A stretch of DNA of 64,000 nt from the human T2T-CHM13v2.0 reference genome, Homo sapiens: NCBI RefSeq assembly GCF_009914755.1, contig NC_060932.1; one strand, given 5' to 3'. Below the pieces are notes generated by a model. That model had not been told where the DNA came from. It ran no database searches and saw only the letters and a list, made by a program, of their open reading frames with translations. This document shows, piece after piece, positions 1 through 14,645 of this stretch (the stretch's first letter is position 1; every line of letters starts with the position of its first letter). Position numbers and translations under genes: made by a program.

Positions 1-1872
1 AAGTGAGGAAAAAAGCACTTACTGATCCTAAGCAAGTCAGCTCCTCGATTTGCCTGATGACGATGAATATGAATACAGGCTTTCTCTCCAGTACAGTTGC
101 TCTTCATCAAAAACAGGCTGGCTCTAACATATTTCACAAACACAGAAAAGTGTGCCAAGACACAGTCAGCAATTCTTTTTAATTTTTGAGATTTAAAATA
201 TTACTGAACTTTGTTTGAGTTTTACATTTCTCATGGATAATTTTACTGTGAAATTTATGATGCTATAAAACTATGTTTATGAAGATACTATAGTAGGTTT
301 CACATATCTCCATATCTTATATTGGTAACATTTAAATTTGAATACTACATCTTTATCCTTTCATAAACTAGAAGATAATTGTTCTGATGACTAGCAGAAG
401 AAGCTGGCAGGAACGATAGATTTGCCACTCTTTGCTTTCTGTTATTTGTGAGTCTAATTACTCTAGTTGGTCAATTAATGGCAACACATGACAAAATCTT
501 CCTACTAATTGACTCTCACTATTTTGTTACTGCTGAAGCTTCCTCTAATTTTGTATGTGCATATGTTACCCTACTTGTCATTTTTTTCCTCCTAACCTTC
601 CTTATCAGAAAGCCCATCTCACCAACTTCACAGTCAGATAATTCTTGTTATGATCAGGAAAAAAGCAAACAAGAATGAATGTGACGCCAATTAATATAAT
701 TACTAATTAGAAGCCACATTTTGAGGGCATTAAAACAGAAGAAGAGTAGAAATGATAATAACTTGGTTTTAGGGAAGCTGTTAACATATAAATAGAACCC
801 AAAATGGCACCACTGGTAGTTTTCCAGGGACTTAATATTTCTGACACACACTCAATTTGTGCCCATGGATAAGACATACTATATTATAGGAGAATCAAAG
901 AGTTACATATTTGGAAAAATCAGGTTACCAAAAAGAATAATGACATTGTTTAAACAATAATGCATTAAACTTTCCTTGTTTATTATGCTAGAAGTTGTAT
1001 GAGATTATCTGAGTAAAAGCATTTCAATTACTTCAGCATTGTGGGACATGAAGTGTAAAAGAACTCAGAACATGGGAAAAAAAGGAAAAAGAGAAAGGAA
1101 ATGGCTGAAAGATTAATTACTTGGCTGTCAGCTGCTAGGGGAGTTTATTTATGTTCTCTTAATATTCATAAGGCTCTTGTCAAAATGGTATTATTAAATA
1201 CCCATTTTATAGAAAAGGGACTGAGGCTGTTCAACTGCAGTTTATTTGATGGGTATTTATGCCTGTGATGGGGACAGCTATGTCAGGAACTTCAATTCCA
1301 GTTAAAGTGAAACCTGGCAGAGACATAGTTTTGATCCAAATTTTGACAGTAGTACAATGTTGCTTGTCCTTCTCCGGGATGGTAGTCTGTGTTTCCCCTG
1401 TAACATTTTGTCTGATTTGTTTGTACCAACTATTTGGTTTTGTAAATTTATGTGACACTTTGTTTTAAGCTAATTATAAATGTAAATTAGACTCTAAGAT
1501 GTCTTTTTTCCACTAACTGGTTTTGTAGTAGCAAAAATCTGAAATTACATGCAAAATGCTGTTTACAGTTGTTTTAGTAAGGGGATGCAGAGCAGTCAGA
1601 GTGAGTTGTCAGATTCTCAAAACAAAATCAAATTATCTAATATTTTACATTAAATCAGGTAATGAATACCGCTTCTGGATCCAAACATTGGTTTAATTAT
1701 TTATAATCTTTGCAGTGTCCCTAAAATATCTATTATCTCCAATTAACACTAAGGAAACTGAGGCATAGAGAGGTCCAAGTAAGTGGCAGGGATGGAATTC
1801 AAACCCAGGTCAGTTTCAGGCTTGAACTCCACTAATTCTATACCTTTCACTGCCTCTCTCACTGTAGGTAAT

Positions 1873-2240
1873 TGTATTAGTCTGTTTTCATGCTGCTGAT
1901 AAAGATATACCCGAGTCTGGGAAGAAAAAGAGGCTTAATTGGACTTACAATTCTACATGGCTGGGGAGGCCTCAGAATCATGGTGGGAGGCAAAAAGCAC
2001 TCCTTTCATGGCAGCGGCAAGAGACGATGAGGAAGAAGCAAAAGCGGAAACTCCTGATAAACTCATCAGATCTCGTGAGAGGTACTCACTATCACGAGAA
2101 CAGCACGGCAAGACCACCCCCTTCCCCCCCGCCCGACCACGATTCAATTACCTCCACCTGGGTCCCTCCTGTGACATGTGGGAATTCTGGGAGATACAAT
2201 TTAAGTTGAGATTTGGTGGGGACACAGCCAAACCATATTA
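1873..2240 (-). mobile_element. THE1C-type MaLR solo LTR
   Basis: TGTATTAGTC...GGGGACACAGCCAAACCATAT termini; diagnostic GGGAAGAAAAAGAGG and GAGGAAGAAGCAAAAGCGGAAAC segments; near-TSD GTAAT/ATAAT. Confidence 0.9.
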
Positions 2241-2429
2241 ATAATCAACAAATGTTCACGTATTTCCTTTACATCAGGTGGAGTAAAAGAACAGGTGTGT
2301 GAAAGAAACAGAATCAATCATTAAGCGATACTTAAACCAGTGCAGATTAGTTTTAATGTAAATGTTATAATAATAATGCTAGTCAGCAGTTACTGGATAT
2401 TCATATTATGTTAGAAACTGTGCATTTAA

Positions 2430-2801
<372 letters not shown>

Positions 2802-5154
2802 TAGCTAAGGTGATCAAAACATCAACATGATCAGCAATTAAGTGGAAAGGGGTTCCTGGGGGATGGTTTTGACCAAGACATTAAGGAGAGAAGGGATGGG
2901 CAGTGGTGGGAAGACTGAGAAGCTATTTATAGCAGGGAGATAGCACTAAGCATGCATTGCTTGCTTAAGAACTGTGGACCCTGATAACCTAAAAAGTGTG
3001 GTTTTGATGAAAACTGAAGAGTTATACCTTTATGCAGTTTAAAAATAATAGACTGATATCTATCCATCCCTTCATGTTTGAACATAACTGGTTTGGAGAT
3101 GTGTTGAAATGACTGATCTCAAGTTCTCTTTCAAATCTGAACTAAATGTCTGTGTGATGGAGATAGAGGCTATGGAGCTGCTTTCCCGAGCTCATTGATA
3201 CAGCCCCCTCACTTTCGCCAGTGTTTTACATTCTGGCAAACCAGCATAGTTCTTTTTATCTGTAGTTATTATACATCTAGTTGAGAAAACCCAGTTTGAT
3301 CTATTTATACCAAAGTACAAATGAAATCTGAATTCATCTGATTAGTTCTTCCTGTAAAATTGTGTTCATTTCTATCACATATGTTGTAACATAAAGATTT
3401 TTGGTGATATCCTAGTCCCAAAGTGATAACCTAGATCATCTGACTCTACATTCTCCATAGGAATAAATCATACGAATCTCTCTGAAGTAATGTTATAATT
3501 AATTCCTAAAGGTAATTTATAATTATATATATGCTACTTTCATGCATATTTGATATCATTTTGACTTTCACTATTCATTTATCATGTTTGCAAGCCTTTT
3601 GTTAAAAATAGCTGGTACACAAATCATTTCCTGATTGCCACATCTGGAACCCTGATTATATTTGCATTTCACAGTCGTTAGCCTTTAAAACTAGAGCAGA
3701 ATCTGGGAATTTGCAGACAAAACAGTGCTTCCTTCTGGCAGTTGCATAAAAAGACATTTTTAAATCTGCATTTCTGTTTAAAGAAAACTGATTTATTTTC
3801 ATTCTAAATTTATATAACACTTTCTTTAAACTAATCATAAAATGTAAATTAGGTTAACTCTAAGCTTTTTCCCCACCAGAACAAATGACAGTAACATTTT
3901 GTACAAAAAGAAAACGTTTTTCTATTCACACCTTGAATCATTGCTCTCCCTGTCTTTGAAAGTTAATTCTGATTAAGATGTACTGGTAGCTCATTGAAAT
4001 CTTTGACAAAGCCAGCTTAGCTATTCTCTTGAGTAATGATTTACCTTACATTAAAATATCTTAAACATATGAACATTAATAACTAAAGTGATGAATATTA
4101 CTAATATTGGGACTCAATTCATCAAGGAGAATACTTTGGGGAAGCAGATGGACTGTGAAGGGACAGGGATAATTTTTAACTATGGCCTTGATATTTAGAC
4201 CAATGGCCGAGGAAAACCATGAAGAACATGAGAATGGGCTTCATTCATGTCAAGGAAGCAGAGTATTTGCTGATGGCTTAACATTTACTGGGCATGTCCT
4301 AACAGGATAGCCTGAAAAGATACATAACATTTTATCTGAGTCATTTAATTTAACCACATCCCTCTGTGTTAGTGTTATCTCTATTGGTAGATAGAAACCA
4401 GGCTCAGGAAGATTAAGAATGTTACCTAATTCTAGTAAGCTGCAAAACCTAAACTGATTTAATTCCAGAGCAAAGATCTTTCTACCTTATCAGCATGGGT
4501 CTTTACCTCTTTGAGAATATATGAGCTCTATGAGCCTTCTTCCAGAAAAATCCATAAATAAACAACATGAGACGTGGTATATCAGTACAAATCTCACTAA
4601 ATGATTAGTGTGTTTGGACTTGCATCTGCTGGTAGATCTTTTGCGAATTTGCCTTCCTCTGAGATAGGGGGCTTTAAGTATTTTTTCTGAAGACACTCCC
4701 AAATTATACATATAAGAAACTATTTTCCTTTCAGGCTAAAGATAAATTAAAATGTATTTAACTACATATAGGTGCCACTGTTGGTCTAACACTCTACATA
4801 TACCAGGATACAAGCTAAGATGGGTTCAAAAACTGTCCATTATACTGTAATTTGTTTCTGATATCGTGACACAGATATAATTTAATCAATTATAAGACAA
4901 GAAAAAAGACAGAAATGCTCCTTCTTCCTCCTCAACATCATGTAATTAGCCTACCCCACTGCTCTAGGCTAGGCCAAGTTTTTTTGTTTTTTTTTTTCTC
5001 CTAGTACAGGAAGCATATTTTAGTGACTCTCTGTCACAATCTTCTCCACTTCAAGTACATCTCACATAAATCTAGCCTGTCCCACAAAGTTTGTGCCAGG
5101 CAGTCTTAGGGTCAGTTGTACCCACGTATGTATGATTTTGAACTTCTCAAGTAG

Positions 5155-5410
5155 GGCCATTGTAGTCAGTAGAGCACAGTGGTTGGTACTGATGTCAAAC
5201 TTTCTGAGTCCAAATACTGCTTCCATCTCTGACTAGCTATGTAACCTTAGATAAATCACTTAATGTTTTGAAAAGCATCTGTTTTCTCAGGAAAAGAGGA
5301 TAATAAATACACCTACCTCACAGGGTTAATGTGTAAATTCATGTAACATGGGATAATGCACGTTAAGCATTGCACAGTACCTGCCTCTTGTTAGTAATAG
5401 CTGCTCTATT
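5155..5410 (+). mobile_element. MIR SINE (degenerate)
   Basis: MIR core-like ACTAGCTATGTAACCTTAGATAAATCACTTAA and ACCTACCTCACAGGGTT. Confidence 0.7.
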
Positions 5411-5879
5411 ATTAATTATCCTCTTTGTATCCCCATTCTCAGCTCCCTTCTAACATATAATAGTTCTTCAGCAAATATTTACTGGCTTGAATTAGTTCTA
5501 AAACTTAGGCAATGCACCAACAGCAGAGTAATCACCCTTAACCATCACTTCTCCCACTGAAAGGGAGAATAGACAGAAGCCAACTATCTACCCTTTTTCT
5601 ACATAAAACCTCTTATCGAGCCTCCAGTTAATAAAATAATAGTTCTGAAACCCCAAAAAATATTAGCAATTGTTGAAATCATGCTAGTTTGAAAATAGTT
5701 GAGTTTTCCTAACAAAATATGTCTCAGGATCCCAGGGTCACCAAGCTTATATTAATATAGTCTAGTTGGGACTAATGGTAATCATCAGTGAACTAGTCAT
5801 TTTTTAGCTTCTTGGGCTCTTAAAAAATTTGTTATCATTAAGCCCACACTTCATAGAGTCACAGCTATTTTATTTTTAT

Positions 5880-6445
5880 AGGAGACTCAACAGTCAAAGT
5901 AATCTCTTTAAAACCACAAAGCATATGATACATTTGTCCTGCTTAAAACTTCTAATGGTTATCTAGTGCAAAGACACTAAAACATAAACCACTTAATAAG
6001 ACTTATAGGCCTCAAGTGCTCTGGCCCCCTTCAGTATCTCTTCCAGACCTTCATGGGTTCCAGGCATGTTTGCCTTTTTCAAGTCCTGGGATGCAGCAAG
6101 CTTGTAGCTATCACGTGGCTTTGCATTTACTGATCCTTCTGCTTAGATCAGTTTCCCTCTAATCATTTCAGTGTCATTTCAGATGCCAACTCTACTACCT
6201 TGGCCAGAGAGACCAGCCTGCTCTGTGTCTGTCTATCCCATTAACCAGTTTCACTTGTCAATTTGTTTACTTATGTACTCTACCACCCTCCCCCACCCCA
6301 CTCCCAACAACTAGGGCATTTGCTTAAGAGCAAGGACTTTGTGTTCATTCACCACCAAATCTTCCAAGGCTTTCAACAGAGACTGGTATCTGGTAGATGC
6401 TCAGGAAATGAGTGTTGAATTAATGAATGAATATGTGAAGGAATG
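5880..6445 (+). mobile_element. L2 LINE 3' end (degenerate)
   Basis: GGTAGATGCTCAG...GTTGAATTAATGAATGAAT terminus typical of L2. Confidence 0.65.
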
Positions 6446-9400
6446 AAAAAAAAATGAGAGACACTATGAAAAAAATATTTCTCTTTTGAAAGAATAATGT
6501 AACAAGGAAAAAATCTTCATTCAATTAAAATCAATCATACATCGTTACTAACATCACTTAGTAATTCACATGCAATACAAAATTTTTCTCTACTTTCTGG
6601 TTCTATCCATGTAATTAATTAAATTTTGCTGACTCTAAGGCCAATCTGTGAGACATTATTTAACTTCCTTACTCTAAAATTTCAGCATTAACTTGGCAAG
6701 AGGCATCATCAATTAGTGGTCATCTGATCTTGCATAAATTATAATTAACCTTTCAATGCCTCAGTTTTCTCATTTGTAGTGTGGGAATTATACAAGATGT
6801 ATAAGTTTATAAGAATAATCACATTAATAAAGCTCTTAGAATAGTGTCTTGCATCTGCCAAACAATATAGAAGTCTTGACTACTGTTACTAGTATTATTA
6901 TTATGAGAATTAAATGTGGAGAATAATCCTTCATACAGTTGTATATTCCACTGAATGTAAATGGAACTAACAAAATATTTAGAAATCAGATTAAAGGTGG
7001 GGTGGTAAAATATACCAAGGTAGAAGATTATGAGGGTATAAAAGCATAACAGTATTTTTGTCTTTTGTTTTACTTTATTTTTAAAAGAAGGAAAGAGTCT
7101 AGAAATAAAAAGACAAAAACTCTCCATTGGCTGTGGTGAAATGGAGATCACCGGTGTCCTTCATAAGTGAAATTTCAGAGCAGTGGACAAAGGTGTTGGA
7201 GTGAGGGAAGCCAGAAGAAAGTAAACTATTGAGTAAATAGGACATGAGGTGTGGAAAAAAAATCTATAAAGATAACAATTTTGAGAAGGACAGATGTGAA
7301 TGAGACAAAGAAGATATTGGATGACCAAGGAAGGTTTCATGTTGCATATATACTTTTTACTATTTTAAATAGGAGTTAGTGGTCTAGAATATGTTTGAAT
7401 TTTTATGGAATAATCTATAAGGAGTAGGTCGGCTGTGGAAGACTCAGTGCTGTGAAGTTCTTGATCAGATGAGAGAAAATGGAATAACCACTACATACAG
7501 TGTGAATGGCCTTTCACATTAACTCTAACAAAAAGGGAATACGAAGATCACTGAAGATGCTAATGGATAAATGGATTTGACAGTGGGCCATTTACTGGCT
7601 TCTATTTTCTTAATGAGATATAAAGCAACACATCAGCTGAGAGAAGGAAGTAAAGAAGAAAGATGGGAATTTGAGGAAAGTGGGGAAGCCTTATTTAAAA
7701 AAAAAGAAAAAAGAAAAAAAAGAATGGCCCTTAAGTAGAATGAGAAAGAATTTACTGGTTAGTCAGAGCAGTATTCCCAGTCTTGGAAGCCCATTTGTGG
7801 TTGGTGTTTATTAATTTATTGGAATACAGATGTGCCCTGTCACGTGATTTTTCTCCAGCTACCTAGGAATAAGTTATGAAGAGGCAGAAAAGAGTGAGAG
7901 AAGACAATTAAGAGAAAATACAATTAGTATTTTAAATATATATGTGATGTTCAACTTTAATAGTTATCAAAAAATTTAAAGAAATGGAACATGAGGGTCC
8001 AGTTGATTAATTTATCAAAATCAGTAATCACATATCACAATATCTTATTTTGGTAATGTACTTCATCTAATTTGGTTCAACAACTTGAAAAGTAATTTGG
8101 CAATGTCTAGTAAGATAAAAGTGGTCATAGCTTTTTACTCATTAATTTTAATTCTGGAAATTTACTAAAATAATTTATATTTAGAAAATCATTATATAAA
8201 GGTGTTCATTGTCCTGTCATGTGTAATAACAAAAAAAATGGAAACACATTTAATTTCAACAATAAGAAAATGATTGAGTAAAGCAAATTATATCCAATTA
8301 GTAGAAAATTACAGTCATTAAAATTATAATTATGAGACTATCTAGCAAAATAGAATAATGCTTACTGAAGAGAGCTGATTTCAAATTTGTCAGCCTTGTG
8401 ACAACTATGTAAACATGACTATTTATTAAAAATCAAACAAAAATAAAAATTTAAAAGCTCTGCAACAGTAATGGGAATTTTTACTTTTGTTTTAAAATAT
8501 TTTTAGTATGGTTCTTTTTTATAATTTTGTTCTTTAAGAAGAATGTTAAAGGAGATTTTTTTGGCCCCTTTTTAAAGACTCTCTGATTATTACGTCTTAC
8601 ATTTTCAAATAAATAATTATTTTACCAGAAAAGATCAGACTTATTTGACTGATTATACTTCCACATTATTTGGCAGAAAAATAAGAAATGTCACTTATAA
8701 TTGTTTTTAGAAAAAATTTCAAGATTTTTTTTCTTTTTTGCTGTATTTTTCCTGGAATAGAGATTAAGCAAACTGCCTAAAATTCTAGTCATTATTTTTC
8801 ATTATTTTCATTTTTATTCATTATCCTGCCCTTCACAGGAACAGTAATGAATCTGCAGGTTGCATCTGCCAATTTCTTGTCTCTTATCCACATGATGAAG
8901 CCATGCTGATATGAACACATCCACTATTTTAAAAACTCTTCAGTTATTGAATTATAATTTGGTCTTCTGTTATAAGGATTTTATATAAGTGTAAAATTTG
9001 GACTCAACTTCTGGAAGCCTTTTGTCTTCTTAGTCTAAACCTGAAAGATCCTTAATATTCACCCATATGACAAATAATTATTTGCATAGTTAGAAGCTCC
9101 TAAATTATTTATTAAGGATACCTGGCAGTGCTCTTGCTATTTCTCAGTAGCCCTTTATTGAAGTTTCTCTCTCCCTCTTTCTCTTGTACCTACATACACA
9201 ACCCTAAAGTAATTAGGGTTTTTTTTTATGAGGATTGCCAGTATAATGTTTATAGTTTCTTTTACAGGACCAGATACAAAGCAGGCACTCACGGCATTGT
9301 TAGTAATGTTATCACTTTTCTGTTATTATTTAGGTCTTCATTTTCCTGACTGTGAGTTTCCATAAGGAAATACAATTTCCACTACATAGGGTAACACCTG

Positions 9401-10595
9401 TTATCTGGAGAGATTTTAATTGACCTCATTACTCAAAAGAAAACCCCAAAACCAACAGATCAGTTGCCTGCCTTTTGTGTTTGCCTTACACCAGTGTTCG
9501 ATAAAGATTTAATTATTTAATAAGTTCTACTTTTCAAGAAAGTAGAACAAATTGATATGGTAAAAGAGATGAGAAAACTGTCCATGGAAAAAAATGATCA
9601 ACTCACTTATGTGCTGAAAGCCCACCTTAGGAGAACTGCTGTTTTGAGAAACACAAAGGAAACGTGTAAAAATGTATTGAGTAAGTTATAGTAATTATTT
9701 TTAAGAGCTAAGCACAAAATTTCCTGTTGATTTACATATTTGGTACCAACAAAAATCATATGGAATTAGTCATATTAAGATACAAAGTTGAGCTACAAAT
9801 TCATAGTCTAATTTATGAAACATGTCTTTGTTGGCTGTTAAAAAGTAAGATGGTGAGTGATCTCTGAGTAGCAGAAGGCAAAGAGAAAAATAGCCTTTTT
9901 TACATTATATTATACTTCTGGGTAAAATGTTTCATAAATCTAGCTACAAAGCTATATGTTCTGTAGCTTTTAGGTACCTGCTGTTTCAAAGATTTCCCCT
10001 GTGGAGATTAGATTTTGCCAAGGAAGGGATCTGTAAAAGTAATACAAATGCCAGTATCATTGGCAACCACGAGTGCCAGCAAAGTGAGCCTCCAATTCAA
10101 ATTGATGAGCATACTATCCTGTAGTATCTTTTCCTTGTGAGTTTTCTGTTTTGGAAAAGGTGGGTAGAAAATGTATTTTAAAAAGGCTTTATAGGCAGAA
10201 ATAACAATACATCATTCTGAAAACATAAAATACTTTAGCTAAAGTTATTACAGCATCTTACATTAATATTTCAGCGTACATTAGACATTGCCTACAACCA
10301 ATGTTTATGATAATCACTGCCCTCTGAAGTGGAATCATGCCCGTGGCAAACAATAATCTTAAAGAAGATTAAACACCGAAAAGACATTTAGCATTTAAAG
10401 ACAGTTTGCTTTGATTTATTCAGTGAGTTCTTCCAAAAACATGTTACCAGGAATTATTGCTTATTGAATTGGAATTACCAACCATTTTAGAATTATTTAG
10501 TTTTTTTCTTCAACATCAATATCAGTAAGGTAAAGCAAACTCAAATATTTATTGGGGACTGCAGAAACACAACCATAAAACAAGAAAACACTTGA

Positions 10596-11830
10596 CTTTT
10601 TAAATAGACTTTATATTTTAAAACAGTTTTAATTCAGAAAATTTGAAAGTATATTATAGAGATTTCTCATACATACTATACCCATTTTTCTCTATTATTA
10701 ACAACTTATATTAGTATGTTACATTTGTTTCAATTAGTGAACAAATATTAATATATTATCATTAACTGAAGTTCATACTTTGATCATGGTTCCTATATTT
10801 TTACCTTATCATGTCACATTTGTGTTCCAAGATTCCATCAGGATACTGTATTACATTTAGTTGTCATGTTTTCTTAGGATCCCCTTAGTTGTGACAATTT
10901 CTCATACTTTCCTTATTTTTGAAGACCTTGACAATTTTGGATAATACTGGACAGGTATTTTGTACGATGCCCCACTGCTAAAATGTGTCTTATGCTTTTC
11001 TCAAGATTGGGAGTGTGCTTTTGAGGAAGACCACAGAGATAAAGGGCCATTTTGTCAAGATGACTTATCACTGCTGATGTCAACCTTGATCACCTGGCTG
11101 AGATAGTCGTCATCATCAGGTTTCTTCACTCTTTCTTTCTCTTTCTGTATTATACTCTGGAAGGAAATCACTACGCTCAGCCAACAATAAGAAGCAGAGA
11201 GTTATACTCCGCCTTCTTTGGTTTGAATAGCTACAGAAGCTATTTGGAAGTTTTCTGCACTGGAGACTTATCTATCCCCCAGCCATTTATTAATTTAATC
11301 CCTTGTTTACGCCAGTAAGAATCTGTGGACATTAATTTTATACTTGGGATTATATACCACTTTATTTTGTTGCTCAAATTGTTCCATCTTAACCATTATG
11401 AACTCTTTCAATTGTTCCCAGGCTCAATAATTGTGGGTTTTTAAAAATCACTTCCTTAATTTCTCACACTACCAGATGGTCTACTTCCATCTTTTATATT
11501 TCTTGCCCTGGTTCTAGAATTGGTCCTTTCTCCAGGAAGCTCTAGTTCCTTTACTGGGGAGTGGTATTAGCACCAAGATCTGGGTGCTATATTTGCTCAT
11601 TGTTACTGGGGTTTCATTGTTTCTAGGTTGTCTTAGCTGACTGAGTGAAGAGATATGTGTATGTATACTAACAATGTGTATACACATATCTATAATTTTT
11701 TATGTATGTTGCTATGCATATGTACATCAAGCTAAGGATGAGTTTATATTAATGTCTCCAACCCTAATCTACTACCTCATGAATCAGTCTAGCCTTCCTT
11801 ATCTACAAATTTCACCTTCAACAGAACACT
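10596..11830 (-). mobile_element. L1MC-type old LINE-1 3' region
   Basis: GATGTCAACCTTGATCACCTGGCTGAG and ACCAAGATCTGGGTGCT segments shared with L1MC/MD 3' UTRs; similar to 60660-62160 and to the reverse complement of 24560-25330. Confidence 0.75.
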
Positions 11831-11974
11831 TGACTTCTGCAAGTGTGAAAATCAAATCGTAATAACCTTGTGAACCCTTAGGAAGCCATTTGTCTAGCAG
11901 AATAATTCCTAAAGGGCATGGTGTATATAGTCAAACTTCAATTTATAGCCAGCAGCACTTTTTAACATTAATAG

Positions 11975-13960
11975 ACCACCGCAATTCTGGTTCTGATAAG
12001 ATGGAGTGGCTGCATTTCTCCCAGGTATTTTCACTTTCCACTAAAACTATGAAATGAATACAATAAATAAGCATAGGAGGCACCAAATAGTGAAAACTGG
12101 AAGGCAGACTTACTTCGGGACTTAAGAAATGACCTGGCAATGAGTTCCCTGTTTTCTTTTTGCCTCCCACATAGCTCAGACAGGGCACCACAGGAGCCTC
12201 CATTCCATAACCACCAACAGACACAGACAAAAAAAGCTCCAAGAAAACTCTGTGCTTCTTAGCCAAAGTATGAGAAAAGAGATTTCTAACAACAGAAAAC
12301 CTTTCTGGCAGTATGTACACCTCTCCAGTAAAACCCTAATGAAACCATAGGTCATGGTTACAGACATGATCCATGACTTTTGTTTCAGAGGGACCAGGTA
12401 AGGAGTTGATCGTGCATACCACCCTACTCTTGCCCTTCACAAGCAGGCAGCACTGTGGTTCCCCCACCAGAGTTGTTGCAGTGTGGTTCAATGGAGAGCT
12501 GAGCCTCCACCCCACCCGTCAGGAAGGAGACTTAAGGAGATCATGCCAGACAGAGCTAATTACAAATGGACTCCCTGCACACAGCCATGGGGTCCAGTGG
12601 GGAGCTAAGCCCCCGCCTCTACTTGCCATCAGCAACAGGATGTTGCAAGTTGGGTATAGGAGGCACTGTACTTTCCTTCAAAACCTGGGGTCAGGGGAGA
12701 CCAGTGAGGAACTAAGCCTCTACACACACCTAACACCAATAGGATAGAATTAAGGTAGTGTAAAGAAAGAGAGTTGACACTTCATTTCCCTCTGCCTTGG
12801 TTCAGGGGGTCTGTTAGAGTGCTGAGCCTCCATTCCCATTTGAAGGCAACAACATGGTATGAGTGGTCCCATTCTCCTTGGGAAGGTGTCAGCAAGGCCA
12901 AAGGCGGAGCTAAACTTCTACCTCATCTGTCTGCAGTAAGGCCATGTGAGTCAGCGTCCCTCTGTTGCCAGTATGGTGTCAGCAAGGCCCAGTGGAACCT
13001 GTACATTCCCACCCTTGTAGCTTTCTTGCTACACCCCAATATAGGGGAGCTTCCTTCTAAAAATAATAAGTTAAAATAAGATCCAGAGTCATATACTACT
13101 CATAATGTTCACAATACAATTGAAAACTACCAATTATACCAAGAACCAGGTAATCACAAAATAAATGAAAAAAAATTATAGTCAGCACACACTAAAACTG
13201 AGATAAATCAGTTGTTGAAATTATGTGACAGGGATTTTAAATAAGATATCACATAAATGTTTCAAAAAGCAATTATGTATTTCTTAAAATAAATGAAAAA
13301 ATAGAAAGTATAAGCAACAAAATAGATGTTATAAAATAAAAACCAAGTGAAAATGATAGAGCTGACAAATACAACAACCAAAATAAAAACCTTTGTTGGG
13401 CAGGCTCAAGAGTAGAGTGGAGATGACAAAGCATAGGATCAGTGACCTCAAGAACAGATAAATAGAATTTACCAAATAGATAAATAGAATTTATCAAACT
13501 TGAAAAACAGAGAGGAAAACATAGGCTTAGTGAAGAAGTGGGTAGGAACTCAGGAACCTGTGGAACGAAAAATAAAAAGCTAACATCCATGTCATCAAAC
13601 TCCCAGAATGAAAACAGCCAGCCAGTGAGATGGAAAAATTATCTGAAGAAATAATGACAGAGCAGTTCCCCAAAATGGCAAAAGACATAAACGTACAGAT
13701 TTAAGAACCTAAGCAAAACTCAAATAGGGTAGACACAAAGATATTCATGCCGAGGCACATCATAATTGAACTTCTGAAACATAAAGAGAAAGGAAAAAAG
13801 TCTGAAAAGCAGATAGAGAGAAACAATGCATTACTTACAGAGAAACACCAATTCAAATGACAGCAGATTTCGGATCTGAAACTATGGATGTCAGAAGTAT
13901 TGGCATAACATTCTTCGAGTACTGAAAGCAAACAACTGCCATGCACGAACTTCATATCCA
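11975..13960 (+). mobile_element. Old L1M 5' region with disrupted ORF1 remnant
   Basis: Starts TTCTGGTTCTGATAAGATGG; A-rich ORF1-like decay (GAAGAAATAATGACAGAG, CACATCATAATTGAACTTCTGAAA) with many stops and frameshifts. Confidence 0.75.
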
Positions 13961-14049
13961 GTTTCTTCTTTGGCTTATATTAATGAACTATTAACTAAAC
14001 TTTCTGTGTCTAGGATTGCAACTACCCTTCTCCAACAATCAAGCCCCAG

Positions 14050-14645
14050 TATTTCCAAAGTGACCTTTCTAAAACAAACAAATATCTGATCATGTTATGC
14101 AAATAAACCTTTCTATCTTCTTTTCCTCTAACTTGAACTTTTCTGTTAAAAATCATTCAATGGCTTTCCATCTTCCTTACAATTAAATTCCACACTCTTT
14201 CATACATACACAAACCATTCTTTATCTGGCTGCTACCATGCTCTCTGTTGTCTTCTTTTTTTACACCCCTCTAAGCACTCTTTATACCAGTTGTATATGG
14301 CATTTCTTTCTGTTCTGTTCCTTAACCATTCTTTTTCTTTCTACTGTGAATTTATCTCCTCTTTGACTCAAAAATTTACCTCTCCTTCACATTACACATC
14401 CATCTCCAGTATTGCCTTCTATAGGAAGACCTGCTAATATTTCTCACTTATTATTGGTCCACAGAATGAATTAAGACTGCTCTCTCTTCCATTACACTAT
14501 GTAATAATTTGTACTATCTGGATGCCCCAATAAAGTAAATTCTTGATGCTAAGATAATGATTTTAATAAAGGTTACACTGAAGTCTAGCTTAATCCTTGG
14601 TATACATTAGGTGTTCAGTGAGTGTTAAATGAGTGATGAATGAGT
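14050..14645 (+). mobile_element. L2 LINE 3' end (degenerate)
   Basis: ATCTGATCATGTTA...TAGGTGTTCAGTGAGTGTTAAATGAGTGATGAATGA. Confidence 0.6.

Noticed and set aside
11943-13079. Cluster of 101-125-aa ORFs in a GC-richer stretch
   Set aside because: Inside the 5' region of an old L1M; no recognisable domain or splice structure.
13456-13499. 22-bp tandem duplication; similar ones at 37293-37348 and 63442-63472
   Set aside because: Ordinary slippage duplications inside old repeats.
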